From NCBI GenBank assembly GCA_003978405.1, contig QNZU01000071.1:1-36244 (forward strand): a DNA stretch of 36,244 nucleotides. The letters run 5' to 3'. Shown one piece after another: positions 1 to 10,033 of the stretch (positions are counted from its first letter, which is position 1; every line of letters starts with the position of its first letter). Position numbers and translations under genes: made by a program. The DNA is from Sulfurospirillum sp. GTDB taxonomy: Bacteria > Campylobacterota > Campylobacteria > Campylobacterales > QNZT01. The notes below the pieces were generated by a model that was not told the origin of the DNA, did not search any database, and saw only the letters and a program-made list of their open reading frames with translations.

Positions 1-37
1 ATGCAAAATTTGGATTAAAAAATATAAGTAGGAATAG

Positions 38-1264
38 ATGTTACTTATCAAAAATGCAAAACTGACTCAAAAAGATGGTGAAAAAATTTGTGATATCTTG
101 ATAAAAGATGGCAAAATTACAAAAATCCAAAAAGATATCAAAGGTATTGATTGTAAAACTATTGATGCTAAGAATAAGTATCTGCTTCCAGGAATCGTTG
201 ATCTAAATGTCAATCTAAAAGATAGCAGTTTTACATTGGAAAATATACAAAGATTGCAAGAAAAAGCAAAAAGATCGGGTGTTAGTTCACTTATAGTAAG
301 ACCTGATTTTAAACCAAAAGTAGAGAATAGAACAGTTCTGGAACTTTTAAATGAAAAATTGAAAGATTTCGATTTGGATATAAGGTTTGCCGTTGATGCT
401 ATCAAAGATAATGAACTTTTAAATGATATTGCCATCATGCTTGATTATAACAATTCAGCCACAATAGCTGCAAAATCTTTTATAAACAGCAATTTGCTAA
501 GAAGAATCCTACAATACTCACTAATGAAAAACAAGCCATTGTCAATCACTTGTGACAATCCTGACCTAAATGATAATGGGGTGATGCACGAGGGTAAAGT
601 ATCATCAAAACTTGGACTTTTTGGAAGAAGTGCAGTAAGTGAGATCAGTGAAGTTGCAAAGGTTGCCTATATGGCAGAGTATTATGGTGCAAAGACAATA
701 TTTTCCTCACTCTCAACAGCAAAGTCAGTTGAACTGATTTATCATCTAAAATCAGATGGGACACCACTATACAGTGAAGTGTCAATTTTGCATCTTATCT
801 TTGATGATACTGCCTGTGATGATTTTAATACATTTGCAAAAATAGATCCACCGTTAAGAGAGCAAGGTGAAAAAGAGAATTTATTAAAAATGGTGATTGA
901 TGATAAAGTTGACATAATCACATCTCTTCACAGTGCAGTATCACTTTCTAAAAAAGATGTGGCATTTAATGATGCAGAGTATGGAGCTGATGTGCTTGAT
1001 AATTATCTTTCATTATCTTATACATATTTGGTTAAAAGCGGTCACATTACGATGCATAAATTGATGCAACTGCTTAGTTATAATCCTGCCAAAATATTGG
1101 GCTTGAATGATATTGGTGAAGTCAAAGAGGGGTTTAGAGCAAATTTGATGCTTTTTGATCCTAAGCAGATGATATCTATTGATGATAAAAACTCTCTTTT
1201 GCATAATCAAAGACTTTTTGGTAGGGTTACTGATACTATATACAATGGCAGACTCTTAAAGTGA
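38..1264 (+). CDS. Dihydroorotase-like amidohydrolase-fold protein, probably non-catalytic (PyrC-prime type)
   Basis: 408-aa ORF with SD AGGAA upstream. DHOase-like N-terminus (IKNAKL..ILIKDGKI..LLPGIVD), but the HxH metal motif reads D-L-N-V-N (nt 200-214) and the late DHAPH-type motif reads TSLHSAV. Confidence 0.75.
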   Translation: MLLIKNAKLTQKDGEKICDILIKDGKITKIQKDIKGIDCKTIDAKNKYLLPGIVDLNVNLKDSSFTLENIQRLQEKAKRSGVSSLIVRPDFKPKVENRTVLELLNEKLKDFDLDIRFAVDAIKDNELLNDIAIMLDYNNSATIAAKSFINSNLLRRILQYSLMKNKPLSITCDNPDLNDNGVMHEGKVSSKLGLFGRSAVSEISEVAKVAYMAEYYGAKTIFSSLSTAKSVELIYHLKSDGTPLYSEVSILHLIFDDTACDDFNTFAKIDPPLREQGEKENLLKMVIDDKVDIITSLHSAVSLSKKDVAFNDAEYGADVLDNYLSLSYTYLVKSGHITMHKLMQLLSYNPAKILGLNDIGEVKEGFRANLMLFDPKQMISIDDKNSLLHNQRLFGRVTDTIYNGRLLK

Positions 1265-1434
1265 TACAATTTGTAATTTTTAAACTAAATGATATATTTA
1301 TCAAATTGGGACTTTTTTATATAGTTGAATAATTATCCATTTTAATATCACTTTTTCACAAACTGATATTTGAGCAAATATTTTTAACTCTATTTTATAT
1401 ATATTTTGTCGATCTATTACTAGTAAGGTAAAAG

Positions 1435-1839
1435 ATGAATTTTAAAGAACTTAAAAATAGATGCGAACATATAACACTTTTGTATGTTGAAAATGATAAT
1501 GAGATAAGAGAGTTGAAATATTCGATTTTTAGAGATATTTTCAAAAGTGTCTTAGTAGCAAAAGATGCCCAAGATGCCCTAAAGATATATCAATGCAATC
1601 AAATTGATCTTATCATAACTGAGCTTTTTATGCTCAATATGAGTGGTTTTGATATGGTAAAAAAGATTAAAGCAATAGAACCTGATGTGAAAGTAATTGC
1701 TTACTCTTCATTTAGTGAAACTGAATATCTAAGTAAATTTAATTTAAGTGAATTTGATGCTTATATAAGAAAGCCTATAGAAAAAGAGAAACTATTCTCA
1801 ACGATTTATGATGTTATTTCAAGGGAGCGTGTAAATTGA
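1435..1839 (+). CDS. Stand-alone CheY-like receiver domain protein (atypical, Glu at acceptor position)
   Basis: 134-aa ORF with SD AAGG. Receiver landmarks are VEND (acidic pocket), DLIITE-LFMLNMSG (acceptor position is E63, GAG at 1621-1623), IAYSS (Ser/Thr) and YIRKP (Lys-Pro). No output domain. Confidence 0.85.
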   Translation: MNFKELKNRCEHITLLYVENDNEIRELKYSIFRDIFKSVLVAKDAQDALKIYQCNQIDLIITELFMLNMSGFDMVKKIKAIEPDVKVIAYSSFSETEYLSKFNLSEFDAYIRKPIEKEKLFSTIYDVISRERVN

Positions 1840-1844
1840 AAGAG

Positions 1845-1872
1845 TCAAGTCGACTTTTAAAAGCCGACTTGA
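1845..1872. terminator. Hairpin between convergent genes (putative bidirectional terminator)
   Basis: TCAAGTCG (1845-1852) pairs perfectly with CGACTTGA (1865-1872) around a 12-nt A/T-rich loop. It lies between the stops at 1839 (+) and 1889 (-), with T/A runs on both sides. Confidence 0.55.
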
Positions 1873-1888
1873 TAATTTTAAAGTTTAA

Positions 1889-3262
1889 TTAGAAGTTAAC
1901 ACCCAAAGATTTCATAACCTCATGAGTCAAACCACCAATAGCAAGACCATTTTGTTTTTGGTATGCTTTAACTGCCTCTTTAGTAAGTGTTCCATAGATT
2001 CCATCAATTGGTCCACTATATAGACCTTTTGCTTTAAGTGATCTTTGAACACCTCTGATAGTTGATGTTCCCATACTTGATTGACATACAACTTTTTTCC
2101 ATACCACTTTGCTTGGAGATACCATCTCTCTTTTTGTGATAGTTGAGTATTTCTCAGGAATTGTAATTCTCTTAACCTCTGCAGGTTGAACAAGTTTTGT
2201 AACAGTGATGTTTTTGTAAACTGCAGGAATCTCAGTCTCTTTAGTAGTTGCAGGTTTATCAACAACAACTTTTGAAATTGTTCTGTATTGTGCAGGAGTT
2301 ACTATTTTACATACTTGATGACCTGTATATTTTCCGTTAGCTTTCTCTCCAACTTTTACCCATGAGAAAGTAGGATCAGACACTTTTGAAGTAATCGTAT
2401 AAGTTGAAGTTTGCTCAGCTACTGGAACTCTCTCTACAGTTGCAGGTGCAGCAAGCTTTCTAACTTTGATAGTTTTGTAAACCGCTGGAATATCAATAAC
2501 TTTTGTAGTAGCAGGTTTATCAACTACTCTTTTTGTGATAGTTTTGTATCTAGCTGGGATAGTAACTAAACACATTACGCCACAATCATTGTTTCTTCCG
2601 TTACATTGTGATTTTTTCCACATTGTTTTCTCTGGCTCAACAAGAATTTTCTCAGTTACAGTTTTATAAGTAGCTGGAATTTTTACAATTCTTTGACTTG
2701 CCTCTTTTACAAGAACTTTCTCTTCCTCATAAGTATATTTTGCAGGAACAACTTTTAGTTTCTCATAACCCTCTTTAGATACATATGTTTGAGTCTCACT
2801 CTTATATTTTGCAGGAGTAAAATACTCTCTATAACATGTACCTGGAGCCATACTATCGATATCAGCTCCACCTGTTTTAGCAGCTGCTAAGATCTCTGGA
2901 GATACAGGTATACCATTTTTAAGACCTGTTTGCCATTTTACTTCTTCCTCTTTTACAAGAACTTTTTCAGTTGTTGTTTTAAATGTTGCAGGAATAACTG
3001 ATAGTCTTGTTGAAGCTTCTTGAACTAGAACTTTCTCAGTTCCTGTTCCATACTTTGCAGGAATGATTTGTAATCTTTCACTTGCCTCTTGTGATAAAAC
3101 TTTTTCTGTGTGAGTTTCAAACTTTGCGGGAATGATAACTTTTGCATAACACTCACCCGGCTGAGCATTTGGTATTACTACCTCCATGTCGTCAGCAACT
3201 AGACTACCTGTTGCTACAGTCAAAGATACGGCTAAGACTGCTGATAATTTGTAATTCTTCAT
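1889..3262 (-). CDS. Secreted repeat protein with C-terminal peptidoglycan-binding (PG_binding_1-like) domain
   Basis: 457-aa ORF with SD AAGGA 6 nt upstream. Signal peptide MKNYKLSAVLAVSLTVATGSLVA-DD, about 11 copies of [IVT]P[AE]x[YF]xTxTEKVLV-like units, and C-terminal GLYSGPIDGIYGTLTKEAVKAYQKQNGL typical of PG-binding domain 1. Confidence 0.9.
   Translation of the reverse strand: MKNYKLSAVLAVSLTVATGSLVADDMEVVIPNAQPGECYAKVIIPAKFETHTEKVLSQEASERLQIIPAKYGTGTEKVLVQEASTRLSVIPATFKTTTEKVLVKEEEVKWQTGLKNGIPVSPEILAAAKTGGADIDSMAPGTCYREYFTPAKYKSETQTYVSKEGYEKLKVVPAKYTYEEEKVLVKEASQRIVKIPATYKTVTEKILVEPEKTMWKKSQCNGRNNDCGVMCLVTIPARYKTITKRVVDKPATTKVIDIPAVYKTIKVRKLAAPATVERVPVAEQTSTYTITSKVSDPTFSWVKVGEKANGKYTGHQVCKIVTPAQYRTISKVVVDKPATTKETEIPAVYKNITVTKLVQPAEVKRITIPEKYSTITKREMVSPSKVVWKKVVCQSSMGTSTIRGVQRSLKAKGLYSGPIDGIYGTLTKEAVKAYQKQNGLAIGGLTHEVMKSLGVNF
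2087..3151 (-). repeat. Intragenic degenerate tandem repeats (coding)
   Basis: Residues 38-392 of the 1889-3262 protein. The repeat is visible at DNA level too, e.g. gtagttgcaggtttatcaacaac near 2240 versus gtagtagcaggtttatcaactac near 2505. Four super-modules each run from a Cys-x(3-5)-PAx[YF] start to a [VMS]W[QKV]K end. Confidence 0.8.
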
Positions 3263-3295
3263 TCTACATCCTTTTAAATTTTTATAGACTCGGAA

Positions 3296-3301
3296 ATTAT
3301 A
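3296..3301 (-). promoter_or_regulatory. Putative -10 box (TATAAT) for the repeat-protein gene
   Basis: The reverse complement of attata at 3296-3301 is TATAAT, preceded by TG. It lies about 33 nt upstream of the ATG at 3262. Confidence 0.35.
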
Positions 3302-3612
3302 CAGTCATAATCTTAGATTGACAATAAAATTATTTGAATAATTAAATAGTTTAAAATATATTTAATATTACAGTTTTTTATGTTTTGTATTTACTTTTAA
3401 ATTTGTAATATTTGAAAATATGATTAAATGAGCTTATTTCTACTATTTATATTATATGTATAGAAAAGTTTGAATTATTTTAGTATTTGTTTGAGAAAAA
3501 ACCTGTTTAATTAGATTTATATTATCTCTAACTTATGTAAGATTTCTCCTTTTCAAAGATAGGAAAGAAAAAGCTATATTGTTGTAAAATCCCAAAAATT
3601 GAATAAAATTAA

Positions 3613-4647
<1,035 letters not shown>

Positions 4648-4660
4648 ACAGAGGATCAAC

Positions 4661-5464
4661 ATGGGTGAAGTTATCACAATTACCTCAGGAAAAGGTGGAG
4701 TAGGAAAATCAACACTTTCTGCAAATTTGGCTGTAGGATTGGCAGAAAAAGGCAAAAAAGTAGTTGCGGTCGATTTTGATATAGGTCTTAGAAATCTTGA
4801 TATGATTTTGGGACTTGAAAACAGAATAGTATATGATGTTATTGATGTGATGGAGGGTCGTTGTAATCTCTCTCAAGCGTTGATCAATGATAAAAGAAGT
4901 AAAAATCTCTATTTTTTACCTGCCTCACAAACAAGTGATAAAAATATTTTGGACAAAGAGAAAGTTGAAAAGTTGATAAAATCACTAAAAGAGGAGTTTG
5001 ATTTTATTGTATTGGATTCACCTGCCGGTATCGAAAGTGGTTTTGAACACTCTATATTTTTGGCTGATCGAGCTATTATTGTAACTACTCCGGATGTAAG
5101 TGCTGTTAGAGATGCCGATAGAGTGATTGGTATCATAGATGCAAAGAGTCAAAAAGCAAAAGATGGACAAGAGGTATTAAAGCATATTATTATCAACCGT
5201 ATAAAACCTGAAATGGTAAATAGTGGAAGTATGCTTAGTATTGATGATGTATTAAGTATATTGGCACTTCCTTTGATAGGTGTTATACCTGATGATGAGG
5301 GAATTATCACTTCTACAAATGAGGGTGAGCCGATCTATTACAATGAAAAATCAGCTGCAGGTGAAGCCTATAGAAGAATTACAAAAAGGGTATTGGGGGA
5401 AGAGGTATCATTTATGGATATCAAGCCTGAGAAAAAAGGATTCTTTAAAAGGTTATTTGGATGA
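4661..5464 (+). CDS. minD: Septum site-determining ATPase MinD
   Basis: 267 aa. Deviant Walker [11 protein letters not shown] and a C-terminal amphipathic tail [17 protein letters not shown] upstream. Confidence 0.96.
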   Translation: MGEVITITSGKGGVGKSTLSANLAVGLAEKGKKVVAVDFDIGLRNLDMILGLENRIVYDVIDVMEGRCNLSQALINDKRSKNLYFLPASQTSDKNILDKEKVEKLIKSLKEEFDFIVLDSPAGIESGFEHSIFLADRAIIVTTPDVSAVRDADRVIGIIDAKSQKAKDGQEVLKHIIINRIKPEMVNSGSMLSIDDVLSILALPLIGVIPDDEGIITSTNEGEPIYYNEKSAAGEAYRRITKRVLGEEVSFMDIKPEKKGFFKRLFG

Positions 5465-5709
5465 CACTGTTTGAGAGAATATTTGGTACCAAAAAGAAAG
5501 ATGAGTCTGCAAATAAGGCAACTTCAAGACTCAAAGTCATGTTGGCAACCGAGAGGGCTGATTGTAAAATACCCTACCTTGAAGATCTGAAAAAAGAGAT
5601 TATTGAAGTTGTAAAAAAATATACCAGTACCGCTGATGTAAATATAAAGACTGAAAAACAGAATGACATAGATATGCTTGAGCTTGAGATCTCCTTGGGT
5701 AAAAATTAA
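5461..5709 (+). CDS. minE: Cell division topological specificity factor MinE
   Basis: 82 aa, ATGA overlap with minD. The N-terminus FERIFG..KK..SA..A..RLKVML is typical of MinE. Confidence 0.9.
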   Translation: MTLFERIFGTKKKDESANKATSRLKVMLATERADCKIPYLEDLKKEIIEVVKKYTSTADVNIKTEKQNDIDMLELEISLGKN

Positions 5710-5715
5710 GGTTTT

Positions 5716-6717
5716 ATGAAAAATAAAATTATCGGTGCAATATTAATAGCCCTATTTATTATTGCACTGATTACTACTGCCACATTTATTTATCTTTCAC
5801 TTTTTCACGATAATATTGAAAAAAATAGTGCTACCAAAAATAGTGGTACCATTTTACAAGAGTTAAATAAGACAAAAAAAGATATAGATTTGCCATTAGA
5901 AACTACGATTCTAGAGGTAAAAGCATCTAAAAATATATTGGCAACAGAAGTTATAGATTATGAGAATGCAAAAAAGATTAATTTTAAAGAGAGTAATAAT
6001 TCAAAATTTATATCAAAATGTCAAATAAAACAGGATAAAAAACCATTAAAACCAAAAGTCTTTAATGACAAAACAGCAAGACTTGTAATCATCATGGATG
6101 ATATTGGGAATAGTAGACAGGTTCAACATTTAAAAGAGTTAGGTATGAAAATTACACCATCTATTTTTCCTAGTACCAAATCTCATCCAAATACCCCAAA
6201 GTTTGCAAAGAGTTTTAAATGCTATATGGTTCATGTCCCTATGGAAGCATACCATTTTAACAGAGTTGAAGAAAATACACTAAAAGTTAGTGATTCACTA
6301 AATAAAATAGATCAAAAGATCTCCTCAATACACAAAGATTTTCCAAATGCAGTAGCCATCAATAACCACACAGGTAGTAAATTTACATCAAACATTGAAG
6401 CTATGGACAGACTCTTTTGCACACTCAACAAATACCATATACATTTTATTGACAGTAAAACAGCACCCCACACACTAGGGGAAAAGATGCAAAAAATTCA
6501 TAAAAGTTTAGTATATACTAGAGATGTTTTTTTAGACAATAAACCAGATGTAGATTATATCATCACTCAAATATTAAAAGCGGTAAAAAAAGCTAAAAGA
6601 AAGGGTTTTGCCATAGCAATTTGTCATCCAAGAAAAGAGACATTTAAAGCACTAAAGAGTGCAAAAAATCTCTTAGAAGATGTAAAACTGATATATGCAA
6701 AAGAGCTTTATGAATGA
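5716..6717 (+). CDS. Divergent polysaccharide deacetylase family protein (YibQ-like), membrane anchored
   Basis: 333 aa with an N-terminal TM helix. Motifs RLVIIMDDIG, VHVPMEA and AINNHTGSKFTS resemble the YibQ/PF04748 family. Confidence 0.75.
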   Translation: MKNKIIGAILIALFIIALITTATFIYLSLFHDNIEKNSATKNSGTILQELNKTKKDIDLPLETTILEVKASKNILATEVIDYENAKKINFKESNNSKFISKCQIKQDKKPLKPKVFNDKTARLVIIMDDIGNSRQVQHLKELGMKITPSIFPSTKSHPNTPKFAKSFKCYMVHVPMEAYHFNRVEENTLKVSDSLNKIDQKISSIHKDFPNAVAINNHTGSKFTSNIEAMDRLFCTLNKYHIHFIDSKTAPHTLGEKMQKIHKSLVYTRDVFLDNKPDVDYIITQILKAVKKAKRKGFAIAICHPRKETFKALKSAKNLLEDVKLIYAKELYE

Positions 6718-7472
6718 GAGAGCTAAATGAGTTACCAAAAGAGTTTGAGAAACTTAAAAACAGACCCAAAAACCTTTTTTATAAAGGTGATATTTCACTT
6801 TTAAATAGAGCCAAAATTTCCATAGTTGGTACCAGAAGACCAAATCAATACACAAAAGCAAGAACCGAAGAACTCTCTAAAAAATTAGCCAATATCGGAT
6901 ATGTGATTGTAAGTGGTGCGGCAATGGGAGTGGATGCAATTGCCCATAAGGGAGCATTCCCAAATACAATTGCAGTGATGGCAAACTCTCTTGATATCAT
7001 CTATCCTGCAGTAAATAGAGCTTTGATAGAAGATATATACAGCAATGCTTTGGCAATCAGTGAGTATGGCTCTGCCACAAAGGCTACAAAATACTCATTT
7101 GTGCACAGAAACCGTTTAGTAGTAGCTCTTGGTGAAGTCTTAATAATTACTCAGGCAGATTTAAAGAGTGGGAGTTTAAGAAGTTTTGAGTATGCAAAAC
7201 AGATGGGAAAAGAGGTTTTTGTTCTATCGCACAGAGTAGGGGAGAGTCTTGGAACTCAAAAATTGATAAAAGATGCTGAAGCGAAGGTGATTGTAGATAT
7301 TGATGAGTTTGTATCACAGTTTGGTACCATTGAAAAGTGTGAAGATGAATTTAGTTTTTTAGATACACCAAAACCTCTCAAAGAGGCACTAAGCATATAT
7401 GGAGAAGAGTTATATATGATGGAGCTTGAGGGTAAAGTGGTGATAGAGAATCTAATGGTAAGAAAAGCATGA
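6714..7472 (+). CDS. dprA: DNA processing protein DprA (short form)
   Basis: 252 aa, ATGA overlap with the upstream gene. Motifs GTRRP..Y and [16 protein letters not shown]. Same position as in the H. pylori ilvC-minDE-dprA-ruvX locus. Confidence 0.92.
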   Translation: MRELNELPKEFEKLKNRPKNLFYKGDISLLNRAKISIVGTRRPNQYTKARTEELSKKLANIGYVIVSGAAMGVDAIAHKGAFPNTIAVMANSLDIIYPAVNRALIEDIYSNALAISEYGSATKATKYSFVHRNRLVVALGEVLIITQADLKSGSLRSFEYAKQMGKEVFVLSHRVGESLGTQKLIKDAEAKVIVDIDEFVSQFGTIEKCEDEFSFLDTPKPLKEALSIYGEELYMMELEGKVVIENLMVRKA

Positions 7473-7855
7473 GATATGCATCTTTGGATATAGGTCTAAA
7501 AAGAATTGGGATTGCTCTTTCACTTGATGGAAAAATCGCTCTGCCTCAAGATGCAATATTGAGAAAAAATCGAGTCCAGGCTGCAAAAGATGTGAGTCTT
7601 TTTCTAAAAGAGTGGGAGATTGACAAGCTAGTAGTGGGAGTTCCTCTTGGAGGAAGCAGCGAGGAGGAGATGAGAAGAAGAATTGAGCATTTTGTTTCAC
7701 TGCTTGAATATGATAAAGAGATTGTATATCAGGATGAAGCGGGAAGCTCTTATGAGGCAAAGGATCTGATAAAAGGGGTTAGAAGAGACAAAAGAGACGG
7801 CAAACTTGACTCAATCGCCGCAAAGATTATCTTGGAGAGGTATTTGGGGTGTTAG
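7469..7855 (+). CDS. ruvX: YqgF/RuvX-family putative pre-16S rRNA nuclease / Holliday junction resolvase-like protein
   Basis: 128 aa, ATGA overlap with dprA. N-terminal [13 protein letters not shown] and C-terminal [13 protein letters not shown]. Confidence 0.9.
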   Translation: MRYASLDIGLKRIGIALSLDGKIALPQDAILRKNRVQAAKDVSLFLKEWEIDKLVVGVPLGGSSEEEMRRRIEHFVSLLEYDKEIVYQDEAGSSYEAKDLIKGVRRDKRDGKLDSIAAKIILERYLGC

Positions 7856-8280
7856 GACCTAGCTTTTTGGTATTTTTGCAGTTTGCATCAATTGCTTGGA
7901 TTTTGTATCCTAAAAATAGCAGTGAGATATTTAGCTTTTGGTGGGTATTGGTTCTGTTTTCTTTAATATTTTCTGTTTGGATCTTTTTGCACAATAGAAT
8001 TGGAAATTTCAATATCACACCCCAGATCAAAGATGGTGCCAAATTTGTCAGTAGCGGTCCATACAGATATATCAGACATCCAATGTATTTTGCTTTGATA
8101 GTAGGAGTGTTTGGAGTATTGACGAGACTCTTTTCATACTCAAATCTAATCGCCTTTTTGCTAATGATAATAGCAGTTTATCTAAAAGCTAGAATTGAGG
8201 AGAGATTGTGGATAGATCATCACAAAGAGTATAAAGAGTATTTAAATAGTACCAAGATGATTATCCCGTTTGTTTTATAA
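7849..8280 (+). CDS. Isoprenylcysteine carboxyl methyltransferase (ICMT/PEMT)-family membrane protein
   Basis: 143 aa with a GTG start overlapping the ruvX stop. Multi-TM with a [15 protein letters not shown] motif. Confidence 0.7.
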   Translation: MLGPSFLVFLQFASIAWILYPKNSSEIFSFWWVLVLFSLIFSVWIFLHNRIGNFNITPQIKDGAKFVSSGPYRYIRHPMYFALIVGVFGVLTRLFSYSNLIAFLLMIIAVYLKARIEERLWIDHHKEYKEYLNSTKMIIPFVL

Positions 8281-9309
8281 GATAAGCATTGCATCTCCAT
8301 AAGAGTAAAACCTGTAATCTTTTTTGATCGCCTCTTCATAAAGCTTTAGAGTCTTCTCTATCCCTACAAATGAAGCTACCAACATTAAAAGAGTAGATTT
8401 TGGAAGATGAAAATTTGTCAGAAGATGATCTACCCTAAGTGGTCTGTTTTGTGGGTGTAAAAAGAGATCAGATTTTCCAGACTCTTTTTTTGTTCTTGCA
8501 AAATACTCTATAGTCCTTGTGACAGTGGTACCAACAGCCAAAATAGCTTTATCGGACAAGATCACATCTTTACTGCTTGGTGGTATATGAAATATCTCTT
8601 CATGCATTTTATGATCTTTTATACTCTTGGCAGTTACTGGTTTAAAAGTCCCAGCTCCCACATGCAAAGTGACATAGTAGCTATCAAAGCTCTCTTGCAT
8701 TTTTTTTAGAAGCTCTTTTGTAAAGTGCAATGAAGCAGTGGGTGCCGCAACTGCACCAAGCTGCTTGGCAAACAGACTCTGGTAGTCACTCTCATCATCT
8801 TTGTTATCTTCTCTGTTGATATATGGTGGTAGGGGGATGTGACCAATTTTCTCCAAAACAGAGTTTAACTCCTCAAATGATAACTCTTTTTGATCTTTGA
8901 AAAATTTGACTACTCTTGTGCCGTCACTGTTTAATCTCTCTATTTTAGCTTTTAAATTTTCATCAAATAAAAGCTCTAATCCCTCTTTTACTCTGCCCTT
9001 TATATAGACTAAAAATCTATTATCTTGAAGTGGAGAGTTTAAAAGAAGCTCGATCTTTCCACCGCTTGGCTTTTCCCCAAAAATTCTAGCTTTTATCACT
9101 TTTGTATCATTTAAAAAAATGGCACATTCATTTGGGATAAAATCTAGTATATCTTTAAAAATAGCATGAGTGATCTTATCTTTTTTCCTATCATAGATGA
9201 GCAGTTTAGCACTATCTTTTGGATTTGAGGGGGTTGTGGCTATTAAGTTTTGGGGTAGCTTATAGTCGTAAGAATCAACTATAAGCGGATCGAGGCTACT
9301 ACTGCTCAT
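8275..9309 (-). CDS. queA: S-adenosylmethionine:tRNA ribosyltransferase-isomerase
   Basis: 344 aa. Motifs YDYKLPQNLIA, PLPPYI, VTLHVGAGTF, VGTT and TNFHLPKSTLLMLV. Confidence 0.95.
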   Translation of the reverse strand: MSSSSLDPLIVDSYDYKLPQNLIATTPSNPKDSAKLLIYDRKKDKITHAIFKDILDFIPNECAIFLNDTKVIKARIFGEKPSGGKIELLLNSPLQDNRFLVYIKGRVKEGLELLFDENLKAKIERLNSDGTRVVKFFKDQKELSFEELNSVLEKIGHIPLPPYINREDNKDDESDYQSLFAKQLGAVAAPTASLHFTKELLKKMQESFDSYYVTLHVGAGTFKPVTAKSIKDHKMHEEIFHIPPSSKDVILSDKAILAVGTTVTRTIEYFARTKKESGKSDLFLHPQNRPLRVDHLLTNFHLPKSTLLMLVASFVGIEKTLKLYEEAIKKDYRFYSYGDAMLIL

Positions 9310-10033
9310 CTTTGTTTTTTGATTCAGGATTTACACTCTTTGCTATTAGGATTGATAAGCCATACAGAAGTATCATAGGACCAGCCATAAGAAATTGGGT
9401 CAGGATATCAGGTGGAGTAAGCAAAGCTGAGACTAAAAATATGACAACTAAAGCATATTTGAAAAAATCTTTTAGAGTTTGATCAGTTACCAATCCCATT
9501 TTGGCAAGGACAAATGTGAAAACCGGCATCTCAAAAGCGAGTCCAAAACCAAGCATAAGCTTTGTAAAAAAGCTTACATACTCACCGATACTAGGAAGTG
9601 CGGTAAAGAGTTGTGAGCCAAAATTTACCAAAAATTCAAAGCCAAATGGTACCACTACATAGTAAGCAAATGCACCACCTATTAAAAACATCACTGTAGC
9701 ACCCACAGCAAATGGAACCACCATTTGCTTCTCATTCTCATAAAGTCCTGGAGCTATAAAGAGCCATATCTGCCAAAAGATAACAGGAAGTGCCGCGATA
9801 AAGCCGGTAAAAAAAGCCACTTTTAGTGCTGTAAAAAAAGGCTCTTGAATCTTTGTAAATATCACTTTACTACCCTCTGGTAAAACCTCTTTTAGAGGCA
9901 TAACCATCCAATCAAGTATCGGCTGCCAAAAAGCAAACATCACAAAAAAGAGCACTATCACTGCAGCCACACTAATAGCAAGTCTTTTTCTAAGTTCACT
10001 CAGATGAGGTTTCATCTCTTCAAACATCCTCAT
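9299..10033 (-). CDS. tatC: Twin-arginine translocase subunit TatC
   Basis: 244 aa, six TM segments, HLSELRKRL N-terminus. Overlaps tatB (14 nt) and queA (11 nt). Confidence 0.93.
   Translation of the reverse strand: MRMFEEMKPHLSELRKRLAISVAAVIVLFFVMFAFWQPILDWMVMPLKEVLPEGSKVIFTKIQEPFFTALKVAFFTGFIAALPVIFWQIWLFIAPGLYENEKQMVVPFAVGATVMFLIGGAFAYYVVVPFGFEFLVNFGSQLFTALPSIGEYVSFFTKLMLGFGLAFEMPVFTFVLAKMGLVTDQTLKDFFKYALVVIFLVSALLTPPDILTQFLMAGPMILLYGLSILIAKSVNPESKNKDEQ

Noticed and set aside
1-18. Possible 3-prime end of an upstream gene (frame ending ..QNLD-TAA)
   Set aside because: Only 5 codons are visible, so neither coding status nor identity can be supported.
67-438. 123-aa ORF antisense to the dihydroorotase-like gene
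   Set aside because: It is entirely nested antisense within a well-supported CDS, has a low-complexity Ser/Phe/Leu-rich translation, and has no SD. This is the typical shadow ORF of a purine-rich coding strand.
1265-1275. Palindrome TACAATTTGTA immediately after the first CDS stop
   Set aside because: The 5-bp arms with a 1-nt centre cannot form a terminator hairpin, and this is a chance-level event in AT-rich sequence. No second copy was seen.
1927-2268. 113-aa ORF on the same strand but a different frame within the repeat-protein gene
   Set aside because: It is nested inside a longer ORF with clear signal peptide, repeats and PG-binding domain. Its translation (LLKRLRFLQF...) is a frame-shifted echo of the repeats.
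3428-3463. 11-codon ORF MSLFLLFILYV upstream of ilvC, considered as a branched-chain amino-acid attenuation leader peptide
   Set aside because: It has no SD and only one Ile and one Val. No convincing terminator/antiterminator pair with a U-run lies between it and ilvC. Such a composition is expected by chance in T-rich DNA.
7452-7760. 102-aa ORF antisense to ruvX
   Set aside because: It is fully overlapped by dprA/ruvX, which have strong family motifs and ATGA coupling. There is no independent signal.
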